Assembly: GCF_006345805.1 (NCBI RefSeq)
Contig: NC_042998.1
Span: 33,046,001 to 33,110,000 of the forward strand
Source: Octopus sinensis
Taxonomy: Eukaryota
DNA: 64,000 nt
Reading direction: 5' to 3'
The position numbers and the translations under genes were made by a program. Position 1 is the first letter of the stretch; every line of letters starts with the position of its first letter. Below, piece by piece: positions 61,745 to 64,000 of the stretch. The notes beneath the pieces are model-generated. The model was not told the origin of the DNA. It did not search any database and saw nothing but the letters and a program-made list of their open reading frames with translations.

Positions 61745-61950
61745 ATGGCTCTCCGTCGGTTACGACGAGGAGTGTTCCAGTTGATCCGATCAACGGAACG
61801 GCCTGCTCGTGAAATTAACGTGCAAGTAGCTGAGCACTCCACAAACGCGTGTTCCCTTAACGTAGTTCTCGGAGAGATTCAGCGTGACACAGAGTGTGAC
61901 AAGGCTGGCCCTTTGAAATACAAGTACTACTCATTCTTTGTCAGCTGGGT
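61745..61950 (+). repeat. Structured interspersed repeat (second diverged piece at ~11950-12025, minus strand)
   Basis: Shared gtcggtt.c.acg...atccgatcaa..gaac.gcctgctcgt.aaa. Confidence 0.55.
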
Positions 61951-62330
61951 GGGCTTTTGAGGAAAAGGGAGAACAAAGGAAAAAACATGTTATCCTTTTG
62001 TTCTTTCATCTTATAGTTGTTCCATTCATTATACTGCGACCATTTGAAGGGCATAGCCTGGTAACTATTCTATCGGTGCTTTTTGTCGGACCGCTAAGCT
62101 ACTCTCGTACCATACCAACGCCTGTATTCAAGCGGTGTGGGGAACACAAACTCAAAGACACACATACATACATACAAACAAAAATACCCTGTTGTTGATG
62201 CTGAAATTCCAATAAAGAGGTCTTGGATCTAGTTTAGAAGCCTGGAAAATGACATACATACATACATACATACATACATACATACATACATACATACATA
62301 CATACATACATACATACATACACACATACT

Positions 62331-62690
62331 AAATACCAATCTTGAGAAAGAGGCTTCTCAAAACCAGAGAGAAGAAAGCTAATTCGAAGACTACAGATCC
62401 AATCCATCACTGGAACTGTAAAACTCTGTAAAACTTTCAAGAAGTTTATCATATAAATATATATGAGCATGTCTAGGTATGCAACTATATGCACGAGAAT
62501 ACATACATAAAGCAAAACATACAAATCTGCACATACATACATACATACATACATACATACATACATACATACACACAAACAAAAATACCCTGTTGTTGAA
62601 ATTCCAACGAAGGAACCTTGGATCTAGGTTAGAAACCGGTTCTTTCTCTATTGGCAAGAAATCTTGAAGTAAAACTGGACATTGGTATAC
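62331..62690 (+). mobile_element. REL LINE 3' end, same family as 26105-26742, with (CATA)n at the 5' junction
   Basis: TNLEK-GFSKPERRKLIRRLQIQSITGTVKLCKTFKKFII-stop. 3' UTR matches the reverse complement of 26111-26190. Confidence 0.8.
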
Positions 62691-63000
62691 ATAATTTGCG
62701 ATGCAGTGTGACTGAACCCGGGACCATATGGTAGGGAAGCAAACATCTTTCCACATAACCACGCCTGCTCCCTTGTTGTACAATACTTCCAAGACACAGC
62801 TATAAGTGCAAGGTGTTGGATGATACGTGCGAAAAAACATGGTTATTCACTCATCAGTGAATCCGTAATTAAGCCAAGCGTGTCTTATCTTCTTCAGCAG
62901 TGAATGATACGTACGACTAATCGACGATATCTGTGTGTATGTACGAGTGAGCTTATGCGTATGTGTCTTTGTGTGAGTGTGTATGTATGAATTTAATATA

Positions 63001-64000
63001 TATTTCTCTATTACCCACAAGGGGCTAAACATGGAGGGGACAAACAAGGACAGACAAACGGATTAAGCCGATTACATCGACCCCAGTGAGAAACTGGTAC
63101 TTTATTTAATCGACCCCGGAAGGATGAAAGGCAAAGTCGACCTCGGCGGAATTTGAACTCAGAACGTAGCGGCAGACGAAATACCTATTTCTTTATTACC
63201 CACAAGGGGCTAAACATGGAGGGGACAAACAAGGACAGACAAACGGATTAAGCCGATTACATCGACCCCAGTGAGAAACTGGTACTTTATTTATCGACCC
63301 CGGAAGGATGAAAGGCAAAGTCGACCTCGGCGGAATTTGAACTCAGAACGTAGCGGCAGACGAATACCTATTTCTTATTACCCACAAGGGGCTAAACATG
63401 GAGGGGACAAACAAGGACAGACAAACGGATTAAGCCGATTACATCGACCCCAGTGAGAAACTGGTACTTTATTTATCGACCCCGGAAGGATGAAAAGCAA
63501 AGTCGACCTCGGCGGAATTTGAACTCAGAACGTAGCGGCAGACGAAATACCTATTTCTTTATTACCCACAAGGGGCTAAACATGGAGGGGACAAACAAGG
63601 ACAGACCGGATTAAGCCGATTACATCGACCCCAGTGAGAAACTGGTACTTTATTTATCGACCCCGGAAGGATGAAAGGCAAAGTCGACCTCGGCGGAATT
63701 TGAACTCAGAACGTAGCGGCAGACGAAATACCTATTTCTTTATTACCCACAAGGGGCTAAACATGGAGGGGACAAACAAGGACAGACAAACGGATTAAGC
63801 CGATTACATCGACCCCAGTGAGAAACTGGTACTTTATTTATCGACCCCGGAAGGATGAAAGGCAAAGTCGACCTCGGCGGAATTTGAACTCAGAACGTAG
63901 CGGCAGACGAAATACCTATTTCTTTATTACCCACAAGGGGCTAAACATGGAGGGGACAAACAAGGACAGACAAACGGATTAAGCCGATTACATCGACCCC
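63001..64000 (-). repeat. Tandem array of at least 5.5 headless SINE-A units (~183 bp), running off the window
   Basis: Unit starts at 63001, 63186, 63369, 63552, 63733 and 63917. Every junction reads gacga(a)atacc|tatttc. Confidence 0.95.

Noticed and set aside
63001-64000. CRISPR-like regular array (also 35891-36817)
   Set aside because: Whole units repeat with no unique spacers, the sequence is SINE- or PLE-derived, and the context is eukaryotic.

Overview
This is AT-rich animal genomic DNA made almost entirely of repeats. The SINE families and dense (TA)n/(CA)n/(CATA)n/(GATA)n microsatellites suggest an octopus or related cephalopod (inference). I found one candidate host coding segment, a minus-strand terminal exon at 2149-2397 (Kazal-like end plus hydrophobic, possibly GPI-type, tail), so most of the window may be intron. 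The remainder is tRNA-derived SINEs (informally A, B, C and D); 5'-truncated LINEs (RTE, CR1/L2-like, Tx1-like, R4/Dong-like REL); Penelope-like elements (PLEs); and decayed mariner/Tc1, piggyBac, hAT MITE and non-autonomous Helitron copies. Four things stand out. (1) About a dozen type I hammerhead ribozyme motifs were found by eye, several with an intact core and a palindromic stem III. They include a 377-bp head-to-tail array carrying one hammerhead per unit (retrozyme-like), whose terminal inverted segment starts at the predicted cleavage site. (2) SINE-A repeatedly forms multimers that re-enter at the same internal GGTATTTC site, including TSD-bounded chimeras of two subfamilies and a homogeneous ~183-bp array, consistent with template jumping or a circular RNA template. 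(3) Several LINEs are tied to specific microsatellites: Tx1-like in (GATA)n, Dong-like in (TAA)n, REL-type at (CATA)n, and an RTE whose (GATA)n tail lies inside its TSD. (4) A CR1-like LINE has an inverted 3' end between (TA)n tracts. All structures and translations were done by hand, nothing was run against databases, and coordinates of degenerate elements are approximate.
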